The translations under genes were made by a program, and so were the position numbers. A stretch of 42,049 bases of DNA from positions 1-42,049 of the forward strand of contig JBBQXJ010000038.1 in NCBI GenBank assembly GCA_038209745.1. Reading direction: 5' to 3'. Within the stretch, counting starts at the first letter, position 1. Each line of letters starts with the position of its first letter. The notes under the pieces were generated by a model. That model was not told the DNA's origin, did not search any database, and worked only from the letters and a program-made list of their open reading frames with translations. Shown piece after piece: positions 26,187 through 36,361 of the stretch. The DNA is from Verrucomicrobiota bacterium (GTDB taxonomy: Bacteria; Verrucomicrobiota; Verrucomicrobiia; Limisphaerales; CANJSG01).

Positions 26187-28433
26187 ATGAACTTCGTCCG
26201 CACTCTGGTCGTGATCTCGGCGGCACTCGCCGTCTCTTCAGTCCTGGCCGCACCCGCGCCACCGGTGATCGGGGGGTTGGAATCGCAGACCCGGATTTCG
26301 CCGAAACTCGCGGGCACGATTCTGATCGGCGAACTGGGCTGCACCGCCTGCCACGCCTCCGGCGACCCGTCACTGGCGCCCAAGGGAGGACCTGATTTGT
26401 CGGACGCGGGATCACGAATGCGTCCCGGGCACCTCGAGCAATTTCTCACCAGTCCGTCCGCCACCAAGCCGGGCACGACGATGCCGGACGTGCTGGATCA
26501 TCTGCCCGACGCGGAGCGACACGCGACCGCGCTGGCCCTCGCCCATTACCTCGCGTCGCTGGGGACGACGGCGTTGAAATTCGACCCCCCAGCGGCGGAC
26601 GCCATCACGCGTGGCAAGACGCTTTACCAATCGGTGGGCTGTGTGGCGTGTCATTCGCCGGAACAACTCGTCGAAGGCTCGGTGCCGCTCGGTCCATTGG
26701 AGGAAAAGTATTCGGTCGCGAGCCTCGCCGCGTTCCTCGAAAACCCTCTGGAGGTGCGTCCATCCGGTCGGATGCCCGATTCACGGCTCGGCCACTTCGA
26801 GGCGGTGGACATCGCGAGCTACTTGTTGCGCCAACAACCGGCGGCGATGCCCCCGTTCCAGCCCGACGCAAAGCTCGCCGAGCGCGGCAAGGCGCTCTTC
26901 GCCGAGCATCGTTGCCAGGCCTGCCACGAGGTTGCCGGACCGCGCGTGCCGCCTCCGCTCATTGCCCTGGACAAGGTGCGGCCGGACCGCGGCTGTTTGT
27001 CCGGGAAGCCCGGCCCGTGGCCGCACTATCCTCTTTCGGCCCCACAGCGGTCCGCCATTCGCGCCGCCCTCTCCGCCTTGCCGGAACCGCTGACCACGGC
27101 CGCGAATGTTGAACTCACGCTTGTGCGGCTGAACTGCCTCGCCTGCCACCCGCGCGGCGACCTCGGCGGAGTGCCGGCAAATCGCGACGCGTTCTTCACC
27201 GGCGTGGACGAGAATCTCGGCGACCAAGGGCGTTTGCCGCCCTCGTTGACGGGTGTGGGCGCAAAGCTCAAACGCGATTGGCTGCGGGACGTCGTGGTCA
27301 ACGGCGCGTCCGTCCGTCCTTACCTGCACACGCGGATGCCGAAGTTCGGCGAGGCGAATGCCGGCGCGCTGGTCGATCAGTTCAAGCAGCTCGACCACCT
27401 GCCGCCGGCAGTCTTCACGCGCGGGCTCGAGGCCGAGAAGCCCGACCAAGTGGGGCGGGAACTGGCCGGCAGCACGGGCTTCAACTGTGTCGCCTGCCAC
27501 ACGTTCCGCGAGCAGAGCGCCGCGCCCATCCGCGCGCTCGATCTGATGACGATGATCGGGCGGTTGGAGGAAAACTGGTTCCACCTCTACCTCGCCGCTC
27601 CCCAGCGCTTCTCGCCGTTGACGATCATGCCGGGCTTCTGGCCCGACGGAAAATCACCGCTGCCCGAAGTTCTCGGCGGCGACCCCGGCAAGCAGCGCGA
27701 CGCCCTGTGGCAGTATCTCGAGGGCGGTCCCGATGCGGGCGAGCCGCGTGGATTGGTGCTGGAGCCGCTCGTTCTCACCGTGCGGGACGAGGCGGTGATG
27801 CTGCGCCGCGCCTATCCCGGCATCGGCAAGCGCGGCATCGGCGTGGGATATCCCGCAGGCATCAATCTGTCGTTCGACGCGGGTCAGATGCGCCTCGGGT
27901 CCATCTGGACGGGCGGGTTCATCGAGGCGTCTGGCTTCTGGCGCGGACAGGGCGCGGGCAACGCCAACATCCTGGGCAAGGACACGGTGAACTTCCCGGC
28001 GGGCCCGGCCTTCGCCGTTCTTGCATCAGCCACAGCGGCCTGGCCGACCAATCTCGCGAGCCAGGCGGTGGGTTTTGAATTCAAGGGCTATTGGCTCGAT
28101 GCGAAGCAGCGCCCGACCTTTCGCTACCAGTTTCACCAACTCGTTGTCGAAGACCGTTTCCTCGATGTGAAGGATGCGTCGTCCAAACCGCACTTTGAGC
28201 GCATATTGACATTTTCCAAAGGCACCGTGCCCGCAGGCCTCTACTTGCGACTCGCCGACGACCGACAAATCGAGCCGCTTGGCGCGCGCGACTACGCGAT
28301 CGGGAAAACGCTGCGGTTGCGATTGCCAGCCGCCGGCATTGTCCGCGACACCGCCACGGGGCGTGAACTCCTTTTGCCGCTCGCCGGCAGCGCACCCATC
28401 ACCATCGAGTATCACCTCGCGGGCCAGCCATGA
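26187..28433 (+). CDS. Pentaheme c-type cytochrome, PVC type
   Basis: Signal peptide; five CxxCH motifs (CTACH, CVACH, CQACH, CLACH, CVACH); several MP axial-ligand motifs; heme-free C-terminal domain. Confidence 0.9.
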   Translation: MNFVRTLVVISAALAVSSVLAAPAPPVIGGLESQTRISPKLAGTILIGELGCTACHASGDPSLAPKGGPDLSDAGSRMRPGHLEQFLTSPSATKPGTTMPDVLDHLPDAERHATALALAHYLASLGTTALKFDPPAADAITRGKTLYQSVGCVACHSPEQLVEGSVPLGPLEEKYSVASLAAFLENPLEVRPSGRMPDSRLGHFEAVDIASYLLRQQPAAMPPFQPDAKLAERGKALFAEHRCQACHEVAGPRVPPPLIALDKVRPDRGCLSGKPGPWPHYPLSAPQRSAIRAALSALPEPLTTAANVELTLVRLNCLACHPRGDLGGVPANRDAFFTGVDENLGDQGRLPPSLTGVGAKLKRDWLRDVVVNGASVRPYLHTRMPKFGEANAGALVDQFKQLDHLPPAVFTRGLEAEKPDQVGRELAGSTGFNCVACHTFREQSAAPIRALDLMTMIGRLEENWFHLYLAAPQRFSPLTIMPGFWPDGKSPLPEVLGGDPGKQRDALWQYLEGGPDAGEPRGLVLEPLVLTVRDEAVMLRRAYPGIGKRGIGVGYPAGINLSFDAGQMRLGSIWTGGFIEASGFWRGQGAGNANILGKDTVNFPAGPAFAVLASATAAWPTNLASQAVGFEFKGYWLDAKQRPTFRYQFHQLVVEDRFLDVKDASSKPHFERILTFSKGTVPAGLYLRLADDRQIEPLGARDYAIGKTLRLRLPAAGIVRDTATGRELLLPLAGSAPITIEYHLAGQP

Positions 28434-29905
28434 GACTTCACCTCTTGCTTTTATTGGGACTCAGCCTCGTCGCGGCCAAGGCGGAGGATCTGGGCGATAC
28501 GTGGGGCACCGGCGAGCGCGAGGAAACCTACTACCGGCTCGTCAATGTGCCGGTTCCCGAGGGGAGCTACGTCGAAGCCGCGAGCTTTGACAATCTGCCC
28601 GACGGCCGGCTGGCCATCGGCACGCGGCGTGGCGAAATCCTGCTGATGAGCGGCGCGTCCGACGAACACCCGCGCCCAAGCGTCCAGCGCTTTGCGTCCG
28701 GCCTGGATGAAGTGATGGGGCTCGCGTATCGCGACGGTGCCTTCTACGTCACGCAGCCCACCGAGGTCACGCGCATCACCGACACCGATGGCGACGGGCG
28801 CGCGGACCGTTTTGACACCGTCAGCGCCAAGTGGGGGTTCAACCATTACCACGAGTTCGCTTTCGGCTCGAAGTTCGACACGGAAGGAAACCTCTACGTC
28901 ACGCTCGGGCTTTCGGAGTCCTACAACTCGAAGGAACTGTTCCGCGGCTGGGCGCTGAAGATCACGCCCGACGGCCAGACCATCCCGGTCAGCAGCGGCC
29001 TGCGCAGCCCGCTCGGCGTCGGCACGAACGAGCTCGGCGCCATGTTCTACATCGAGAGCCAGGGCCCATGGAACGGCGCGTGTTCCCTAAAATATCTGAA
29101 GCCCGGCGGGTTCATGGGCCACCCCATCAGCTTCAACTGGTATCCCTACGCGCCGAACATGGGTCCCGTGCCCGTGGTGCCCAACACGCCGTCCCGGATG
29201 GAGATCGAACGCAAACGGATCGAACAGCTGGTGCCGCCCGCCGTGGTCTTTCCATACAAGAAAATGGGCCGCTCGGTGTCCGCCTTCGAGGTCGATCAAT
29301 CGCACGGCAAGTTCGGGCCGTTCGCCGGGCAGATCTTTCTCGGCGACTTCTCCCTGAGCATCGTGATGCGCGCCACCACCGAACTGGTGAACGGCGTCTG
29401 GCAGGGCGCCTGTTATCCGTTCCGCGAAGGCTTGGCCACGGGCATCTTGGCGGTGCATTTCACCCCGCGCGGTCAGCTCATCGCCGGCGGCACCAGCCGG
29501 GGCTGGCCCGTGCGCGGCATGAAGGACAACGTGCTCCAGCGCCTCGACTGGACGGGGCGCGTGCCGTTCGAGATTCTGGACCTCAGTGCGCGCCCGGATG
29601 GATTCCTTGTTCGCTTCACGCGTCCGGTGGATGCCGCTCTGGCCGCCCGTCCGGCGACCTACGAGCTGGAGACCTACACCCACATCTACCAGCAAGGCTA
29701 CGGCAGCCCCGAAGTGGACCAAACCCACCCGACCGTCACGGCGGCCGAGGTCGCGCCCGATGGCCTGAGCGTGCGGCTGCGCATCCAGGGACTGGTGCAA
29801 GGCCACGTTCATGAGTTCCATCTCCCTGCGCTGAAATCCCGCGACGGGGAGTTGCTGCTGCACGACCGCGCCTACTACACGCTCAACGAAATCCCCAAGC
29901 CCTGA
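28430..29905 (+). CDS. Secreted beta-propeller protein (glucose/sorbosone dehydrogenase-like)
   Basis: Signal peptide; [47 protein letters not shown] overlap with the cytochrome gene. Confidence 0.8.
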   Translation: MRLHLLLLLGLSLVAAKAEDLGDTWGTGEREETYYRLVNVPVPEGSYVEAASFDNLPDGRLAIGTRRGEILLMSGASDEHPRPSVQRFASGLDEVMGLAYRDGAFYVTQPTEVTRITDTDGDGRADRFDTVSAKWGFNHYHEFAFGSKFDTEGNLYVTLGLSESYNSKELFRGWALKITPDGQTIPVSSGLRSPLGVGTNELGAMFYIESQGPWNGACSLKYLKPGGFMGHPISFNWYPYAPNMGPVPVVPNTPSRMEIERKRIEQLVPPAVVFPYKKMGRSVSAFEVDQSHGKFGPFAGQIFLGDFSLSIVMRATTELVNGVWQGACYPFREGLATGILAVHFTPRGQLIAGGTSRGWPVRGMKDNVLQRLDWTGRVPFEILDLSARPDGFLVRFTRPVDAALAARPATYELETYTHIYQQGYGSPEVDQTHPTVTAAEVAPDGLSVRLRIQGLVQGHVHEFHLPALKSRDGELLLHDRAYYTLNEIPKP

Positions 29906-29924
29906 ACCGACCGTTTCCCGCCGC

Positions 29925-31028
29925 ATGAAAATCACCCGCATCTTCGCCCATCGCGTCGAACTGCCCCTGCACGAAACCACCTACAAATGGAGCGGTGGCA
30001 AGTCCGTCACCGTTTTCGACAGCACCATCGTCGGCGTGGAGACGGACACGGGCCTGATCGGTTATGGCGAAGTGTGTCCGCTGGGACCGTTCTATCTGCC
30101 CGCCTATGCCGAAGGAGTGCGGGCCGGTCTGCGCGAACTCGGACCGCATCTGCTCGGTGAAGATCCACGCCAGTTGGTCCGCCTCAACCGCACCATGGAC
30201 GCCGCTTTGAAGGGCCATCCCTATGTGAAGAGCGGTCTCGACATCGCCTGCTGGGACATTCTCGGGCAGGCCACGGGAATGCCGGTCTGCGAACTCCTCG
30301 GCGGCCGCTACGGCGACGACTTCCATCTTTACCGCGCCATTTCCCAGGAAGCGCCCGACACGATGGCGGGCAAGGTCGCCGGCTACCGCGCGGAAGGCTA
30401 CCGCCGCTTCCAGCTCAAGGTCGGGGGCGATCCGGATGTGGACATCGCCCGTATCCGCGCCGTCGCGGCCGAACTCCAGCCGGGCGAGCGCCTTGTGGCC
30501 GACGCCAACACCGGCTGGACCCAGCATGAAGCGGTGCGCGTCGTCCGCGCCGTCCGGGACATCGACGTCTACATCGAGCAGCCGTGCCTGACCTACGAGG
30601 AATGCGTCGCCGTCCGGCGGCAGTGCGACCATCCCTTCGTGCTGGATGAAAACATCGATGACTTGGCGATTCTCCTCCGGGCCAAGGCCGATCTCGCCAT
30701 GGACGTGGTCAATCTGAAGATCAGCAAGCTCGGCGGCCTCACCAAGATCCGCCAAGCCCGCGATCTCTGCGTGAGCATGGGGATCGCGATGACCCTGGAG
30801 GATTCCTGGGGCGGCGACATCGCCACCGCCGCCATCGCCCATCTGGCCCACAGCACGCCGCCGGAATTTCTCTTCAGCACCACCGACTTCAACAGCTACG
30901 TCACCGTGAGCACTGCCGACGGCGCGCCGCAGCGGGTGAACGGTCGAATGGCCGCCTCGAAAGCTCCCGGCTTGGGCATCCAGCCGAAGCTAGAGGTGCT
31001 GGGCAAACGTGTCGTAGAGGTCTGCTGA
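29925..31028 (+). CDS. Enolase-superfamily (MLE subgroup) enzyme, cis-3-hydroxy-L-proline dehydratase-like
   Basis: [65 protein letters not shown] closely follow that subfamily as I recall it. Confidence 0.85.
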   Translation: MKITRIFAHRVELPLHETTYKWSGGKSVTVFDSTIVGVETDTGLIGYGEVCPLGPFYLPAYAEGVRAGLRELGPHLLGEDPRQLVRLNRTMDAALKGHPYVKSGLDIACWDILGQATGMPVCELLGGRYGDDFHLYRAISQEAPDTMAGKVAGYRAEGYRRFQLKVGGDPDVDIARIRAVAAELQPGERLVADANTGWTQHEAVRVVRAVRDIDVYIEQPCLTYEECVAVRRQCDHPFVLDENIDDLAILLRAKADLAMDVVNLKISKLGGLTKIRQARDLCVSMGIAMTLEDSWGGDIATAAIAHLAHSTPPEFLFSTTDFNSYVTVSTADGAPQRVNGRMAASKAPGLGIQPKLEVLGKRVVEVC

Positions 31029-31129
31029 AGCTGAAAAATCGGAGCGCCGGTCTGCGAAAGAGGGAGAAGGGTCGTCCCTCCCGATTGGCGAGTGACAGCG
31101 ACGGGGCGGACGGCTACCACCTCTGGCTA

Positions 31130-32467
31130 ATGAAGCGCGGAGATTCCATTCACCGGATGCCGGCTATTCTGGCACTGGCCGCGTTTTTCCTCCTTTCCCT
31201 CCCGCTGGCCGCGGCCGAATCCCCGGCCAACACCAGCTTCACCAACGCCACGGTTCTCGCCGGAAGCTACTTCGAACTGATCGCTGCGCCGAAGACGAAC
31301 GAACTCGGCGTGGTGGATGCCTCCGTTCCAGCCGAGTATTGGTGGAAGTGGACCGCACCCAAGTCAGGGCGGGTTTCCTTGCGAGCGAAGACCCAGACAC
31401 CCTACCACGCGCTTGCCTCGAAAACGCTCGTTTCCGCTTGGCCTGAGCCGACCTACGACGCCACCAACGGATGGCCTTCCGATTCGGTCGTCACCCTCCG
31501 GAGTAGCAGCACCTTTGACCTGTTCTTCAGCGAGCGGCGTGCCGGTGGTGGGACGCAGATATGGTTGAACGTTCCTCCCGAGGGCACGTTGTCGATCTTC
31601 GAAGGTGTCGATTCCTCGTCGTTCAACCCGGTCAGCGAATGGTCTCTGCCTTTGGAGAAATCTTATTTTGGCGCGGGGGATGTCGAAGCGACCTCGTTCT
31701 TTGTTCAGAAAGGTCTCACCTACTCCATACGAGCGCTGATCGGTTCGAAACCGCAGAGCGTCACGATCCTCTTCACACCCACTCCGACCAACGACCAATT
31801 CGCCACGCGTTCCATTCTCACCGGCGTGGAGACGACCGCCGAGGGGAACAATTTTGCCGGGACGCTCAAGGCAAATCAGCCGTTGGCCAGCGACGACGCG
31901 GCCGGTCGGACGGTTTGGTGGACTTGGACACCGCCCACAGCGGGGAACCTTTCCGTGAAGTTCACCGGGGACAAGATGGTGTTGGGTGTTTTTCGGGGCG
32001 ATTCCATCGGGAGCTTGGAGCGAATCATGAGCCTCACGCCACCGGAGCCTGATCCGTGGGCGCAAGCGCCCAACGGGGTCGGGGAACCCAGGACGTTGAT
32101 TCCGGTCCAGGCGGGCGTCCCGCTGCGATTCGCCATTGACTCGGCGGGCTCCGGTTCCGGATTCGACTATTCGGTGAAGCTCAGTTTGGAGTTCCTGCCT
32201 CCGGCCATCGACGCCGGACGCAGTCACCGGCTGGACGACGGCTCATTCCTTCTGCGGGCCCAACAACTGCGTGGCCGCGATGTCGCGCTCTACTCCAGCA
32301 CGGACCTCGTGAATTGGAAGGCGATCTGGCGGGGAATCGTCAACGGGGACGAAGTATCGTTCCAGGATCTCGATGCAAAATGGAGCGAGCAGACTTTCTA
32401 CTCCATTCGCCTGACTCCTTCGGAACACCTCCAGTATCCGAGCGCCGGTCCCGATCAAGCTCCTTGA
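31130..32467 (+). CDS. Secreted hypothetical protein with two repeated beta-rich domains and a verrucomicrobial C-terminal motif
   Basis: Signal peptide; repeats PANTSF..WWKWTAP and PTNDQF..WWTWTPP; C-terminal YSSTDLVNW...FQD...FYSIR. Start could be 31157. Confidence 0.75.
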   Translation: MKRGDSIHRMPAILALAAFFLLSLPLAAAESPANTSFTNATVLAGSYFELIAAPKTNELGVVDASVPAEYWWKWTAPKSGRVSLRAKTQTPYHALASKTLVSAWPEPTYDATNGWPSDSVVTLRSSSTFDLFFSERRAGGGTQIWLNVPPEGTLSIFEGVDSSSFNPVSEWSLPLEKSYFGAGDVEATSFFVQKGLTYSIRALIGSKPQSVTILFTPTPTNDQFATRSILTGVETTAEGNNFAGTLKANQPLASDDAAGRTVWWTWTPPTAGNLSVKFTGDKMVLGVFRGDSIGSLERIMSLTPPEPDPWAQAPNGVGEPRTLIPVQAGVPLRFAIDSAGSGSGFDYSVKLSLEFLPPAIDAGRSHRLDDGSFLLRAQQLRGRDVALYSSTDLVNWKAIWRGIVNGDEVSFQDLDAKWSEQTFYSIRLTPSEHLQYPSAGPDQAP

Positions 32468-32562
32468 ACAGAGGGAGCCGATTCGCCCAGCTCCTTTTGC
32501 GTCTCTGGCCCGTATTCCCGGCGTTTGCCCTTTCTCGGAACAGGCCCTAGCGTTCCCTCCCC

Positions 32563-33390
32563 GTGCATCCAGTCGCGTTTCAAATCGGTCAGTTCACCAT
32601 CTACTGGTATGGCATCCTCGTGGCCGCCGGCATCCTGCTCGGCCTCTACACCGCCAGTCGCCGCTCGGCGCTGGACCGGTTGCCGCGCGAATCCGTGGCG
32701 GATCTAGGCACGCTGTTGATCGTCGGCGCGTTGCTGGGGGCGCGGTTGCTCTACGTCTTCACCTTCTGGAAGGAAGATTTCGCCAACCAGTCGATCTCCA
32801 AGATCTTCGCCATTCGTGACGGCGGACTGGTCTTTTACGGCGGGTTGCTGGGCGGCGCGACGGCGGCCATCGCCTACTGCCGGTGGAAGAAGCTCCCTCT
32901 CTGGCGTGTGGCCGACACGTTGGCGCCGAGCATCGCGCTCGGGCACGTCTTCGGTCGGATGGGCTGTCTGATGACGGGTTGCTGCTTCGGGAAACCCAGT
33001 GATCTGCCGTGGGCCATCCAGTTTCCGATGCAGTCGCAGGCGTGGAACCACCAAGTAGTGCTGGAGAAGATCACGGGCGGACAGGCCACGTTGCCGGTGC
33101 ATCCCACGCAGATCTACGAATCCTTCCTGAACCTCGTGCTCTACCTCGGGCTGGCGTGGCTCTATCGCCGGAAGAAGTTCGACGGGCAGGTCTTCGCCAC
33201 CTACTTGCTGTGCTACGCGGTGCTGCGGGCCTTCGTGGAAATGTTCCGTGGTGACTATCCGGCCAATCAGATCACGGCCGGACTCACGCCCGGGCAGATG
33301 GTCAGCATCGGCATTTTCGCGGCCGGCGTGGTCGTCTGGAAGCTGGTCCCGCGTCGGCTGGGCCGGGCCGAGCCTGTGGTCGCCAAGTAA
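32563..33390 (+). CDS. lgt: Prolipoprotein diacylglyceryl transferase
   Basis: IYWYG, GARLLYV, GGLVFYGG, GRMGC..GCCFG, HPTQIYE, EMFRGD. Confidence 0.96.
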   Translation: MHPVAFQIGQFTIYWYGILVAAGILLGLYTASRRSALDRLPRESVADLGTLLIVGALLGARLLYVFTFWKEDFANQSISKIFAIRDGGLVFYGGLLGGATAAIAYCRWKKLPLWRVADTLAPSIALGHVFGRMGCLMTGCCFGKPSDLPWAIQFPMQSQAWNHQVVLEKITGGQATLPVHPTQIYESFLNLVLYLGLAWLYRRKKFDGQVFATYLLCYAVLRAFVEMFRGDYPANQITAGLTPGQMVSIGIFAAGVVVWKLVPRRLGRAEPVVAK

Positions 33391-33395
33391 CTCCC

Positions 33396-34412
33396 ATGCC
33401 TCCCGGCTCCCCAGTTCCCCAGGTTCCCGGTGCTCCGAGACCCCTGGCCATCGTCGGCCCGACGGCCGGGGGCAAGTCCGTTTTGGCCCTCGCGCTGGCC
33501 CAGCGGATCGGAGGGGAGATCATCTCCGTCGATTCCATGCAGGTGTATCGCGGGCTCAATCTGGGCACCGCCAAACCGACCGCCGCCGAACTCGCGCGGG
33601 TGCGGCATCACTTGGTCGATGTGGCCGAATTGTCCGAGAGCTTCGATGCCGCCCGTTTTCTGACCTTGGCCGAAGCCGCCGAGCAGGACATCTGGGCCCG
33701 GGGCAAGGTGCCGATCTATTGCGGCGGCACCGGTCTCTATCTGAAGGTGCTCCTGGAAGGGCTCGGCGAAGCGCCGGCTTCGGATGCGGCTATTCGCGCC
33801 GAATTGGAGGCTCTTCCGCTGGGGGAACTGCTGCGCGAACTGGAGGCGAAGGATCCCGCCTGCTTCGCCGTCATCGACCGGCAGAATCCACGGCGAGTCG
33901 TCCGCGCGCTGGAAGTGATCCGGGTGACCGGCCGGCCGTTTTCCTCGCAGCGGGCGGAATGGAGCCCGCGTGTTCCGGCGCTCCCAGAAACCCCCGCGCC
34001 CGGCGATCAGCCCAAAGCCGCGCCAGAGGCCCGACTTGCTTCGATCGGCCTTCACCGTCAGCCGGAGGATCTGCATCGCCGGATCGGCCAACGGGTGGAC
34101 GCCATGTTCGCCGCCGGTTTGGTGGAGGAGACGCGGCAACTCCTCGAAAAGGGTTTGGAGCAGAACCGCACGGCGATGCAAGCCATCGGCTACCGGCAAG
34201 TGGTCGAGCATCTGCGGGGCGAACGCGGACTCAAGGAAACCATCGAGCTGGTGAAGACGAAGACGCGCCAATTCGCCAAGCGGCAGATGACGTGGTTTCG
34301 CAACCAGCTTCCGGTGCAATGGATCGAGGTGGAGCAGAAGACCGATCTCGTAGGACTGGCGAGCGCCCTCTCCGCCTCCTTCGCCACGACTTCTACATCG
34401 TCTGAAGGGTGA
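33396..34412 (+). CDS. miaA: tRNA dimethylallyltransferase
   Basis: GPTAGGKS, DSMQVYRG..GTAKP, HHLVD, GGTGLY, AIGY, TRQFAKRQMTWF. Confidence 0.97.
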   Translation: MPPGSPVPQVPGAPRPLAIVGPTAGGKSVLALALAQRIGGEIISVDSMQVYRGLNLGTAKPTAAELARVRHHLVDVAELSESFDAARFLTLAEAAEQDIWARGKVPIYCGGTGLYLKVLLEGLGEAPASDAAIRAELEALPLGELLRELEAKDPACFAVIDRQNPRRVVRALEVIRVTGRPFSSQRAEWSPRVPALPETPAPGDQPKAAPEARLASIGLHRQPEDLHRRIGQRVDAMFAAGLVEETRQLLEKGLEQNRTAMQAIGYRQVVEHLRGERGLKETIELVKTKTRQFAKRQMTWFRNQLPVQWIEVEQKTDLVGLASALSASFATTSTSSEG

Positions 34413-34475
34413 GCTGCGGTCTTGGGAACAAGGTGGCGGCGAACTTCCGTTCGCCGCCAATTCGACCCGGTTGGA

Positions 34476-35384
34476 TCAAAGTCCCACGCGGGGCAACGGC
34501 GCGTTGTTCGTCGCGTAGCGCGGGATCTCCGGCAGGTATTCCGGGACCAGCTCCGTCCAGTTCGTCGCGTCGCGGTGGTGTTCCAAGCGGAAGGCGGTGG
34601 CGGCGAGGTCGCGGAGGGTTTCGGCTTCGCGCTGCCGGACCCGGTCGAACCTCGAGAAGAAGCTCATCCGTTCCTTCCGGTTCTCGCCGTTCAAGTGCTG
34701 CCAGATGTGTTCCAGACTGAAGCGATCGGAGAACGGCAGGGTCCTCTGCCACGCCATTTCCGCTGAGTGGTAATCGGAGGCCGACGGGGCGTTGGTGGTC
34801 GCGGAATACAATCGAAGCGCAGCCTTCCGGCAAAGCGCGGCGTCTCCCGAGTCGACTATGTGGACCGTGCTGCGAAGGGCAATCATCCGCATGGCGACAC
34901 CGACGAGCCCTTCGATCCATCGGCCGCCTTTCGTGCCCTTGCTGCCCAGATCGTAGTTGTCCAAGCACGCGGACAACAGCGCTGGACGATCGGCGGAAGC
35001 GGCGGCCACGTCGGCTTCAGCGGCGAGCAACTGGGAGAGGCCTTTGATCCCCATGAGATACTGAACGGAACCCGGCGATGAAAAATCTTTCGGGATCACC
35101 ACGAGGATGTCCTTTCCCAGACCATCCCTCACCAACTTCAGGGCGACGCGGTTCGATTCGATCAACCAGGCCCGGTCCTGAGATGTGAGTTCCGTCGGAT
35201 CGGTGGACTTCCCGGAAAGGTGTATGACGGACTCTGTCGCCTTGACGATGTCGTTGAAACCATTCGGAGAGGGGTAGCGGATCTGCGACGGTTTGGAGCC
35301 CGAGGTGAGAACTGCCTTGCCGACAACGAGCACGACGACGAGCACCACGATCAGGGCGAGGAGGATCTTCCAGAAGGATTTCAT
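34476..35384 (-). CDS. Hypothetical membrane-anchored protein
   Basis: MKSFWKILLALIVVLVVVLVVG N-terminal helix; C-terminal AFRLEH...LVPEYLPEIP motif seen in PVC hypothetical proteins. The upstream part of the track ORF overlaps another gene. Confidence 0.75.
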   Translation of the reverse strand: MKSFWKILLALIVVLVVVLVVGKAVLTSGSKPSQIRYPSPNGFNDIVKATESVIHLSGKSTDPTELTSQDRAWLIESNRVALKLVRDGLGKDILVVIPKDFSSPGSVQYLMGIKGLSQLLAAEADVAAASADRPALLSACLDNYDLGSKGTKGGRWIEGLVGVAMRMIALRSTVHIVDSGDAALCRKAALRLYSATTNAPSASDYHSAEMAWQRTLPFSDRFSLEHIWQHLNGENRKERMSFFSRFDRVRQREAETLRDLAATAFRLEHHRDATNWTELVPEYLPEIPRYATNNAPLPRVGL

Positions 35385-35417
35385 GGTAGCGGCGTCCTTG
35401 ATTCTGCTGGATTGGTG

Positions 35418-35497
35418 AACCGCTAAGGAACCGCTGATCTTCGCTAATTCAAAGGGCTTTTCCAAGGATCGGCGTCGATCAGCGCAGATTAGCGGTT
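35418..35497. repeat. Intergenic imperfect palindromic element (AACCGCTAA...TTAGCGGTT)
   Basis: Three CGCT(A/G)A subrepeats mirrored by complementary subrepeats; CGCTGATC pairs with GATCAGCG. Confidence 0.65.
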
Positions 35498-35506
35498 GTC
35501 CGTCGC

Positions 35507-36361
35507 TCACACGACGGCCACGTCGTTCACCAGTTCGCCGATGCCGGAGATGCGGATGCGGACGCGGTCGGCGGGAGCGAGGGTGAAGTCGTTGCCGGGG
35601 ACGACGCCGGTGCCGGTCAGCAGCACGGTGCCGAAGGGGAATTTCTGGCTGCGATAGAGCCAGCCAATCAGCTCGCTGAAGGAGCGTTTGATCTGGCTGA
35701 CGCTGATTTCGCCCTGAAAGACGGGCTTTTGCTCCCGCTCGATCGTCACGCCGATGGTCCAGTCGCGGACGGCGGCTTCGGTGACGCCGGTGGTGATCCA
35801 GGGGCCGAGCGCGCAGGAGCGTTCGTAGATCTTGGCCTGCGGCAGGTAGAGCAGGTTCTCGCCCTCGATGTCGCGCGAGCTCATGTCGTTGCCCACGGTG
35901 AAGCCGACCAGCTCGGCGCGGGAGTTCATCACCAGCGCGAGTTCGGGCTCGGGCACGTTCCACTTGGCGTCGGTGCGGATGCCGACCGGTTCGCCGGGGC
36001 CGGAGACCTTCTCCGGCAGCGATTTGAAGAACAGCTCGGGGCGAGGGGCGTCGTAGACGTGGTTGTAGGCGCGGGCGCTGAAGTCGCTTTCCTCCATGCG
36101 GGCGGTCTTGCTGCGCAGATAGGTGACACCGACGGCCCAGACTTCCTGTCGATCCACGGGCGAGAGAAGCCGCACGTCGCCGATGGCCAATCTGCGCGGG
36201 TGGCGGCGGAGGATTCGGTTGACGGCGTCGGGGATGTTGGGGGACTCGAGCAACGCGGTGACCGAGGTGGCGCCCTCGGCGCTGAGATCGGTGACGATGT
36301 CGCCTTCGACCAGACCGACACGCATGGGGCTGTTGCGATTGGAAAACCGGCAGAGGTTCAT
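35507..36361 (-). CDS. Fumarylacetoacetate hydrolase family protein, 2-keto-3-deoxy-pentonate dehydratase-like
   Basis: EVWAVGVTYLRS, RPELFFK, VPEPEL, GNDMSSRDIEGEN.LYLPQAK, LLTGTG. Confidence 0.88.
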   Translation of the reverse strand: MNLCRFSNRNSPMRVGLVEGDIVTDLSAEGATSVTALLESPNIPDAVNRILRRHPRRLAIGDVRLLSPVDRQEVWAVGVTYLRSKTARMEESDFSARAYNHVYDAPRPELFFKSLPEKVSGPGEPVGIRTDAKWNVPEPELALVMNSRAELVGFTVGNDMSSRDIEGENLLYLPQAKIYERSCALGPWITTGVTEAAVRDWTIGVTIEREQKPVFQGEISVSQIKRSFSELIGWLYRSQKFPFGTVLLTGTGVVPGNDFTLAPADRVRIRISGIGELVNDVAVV

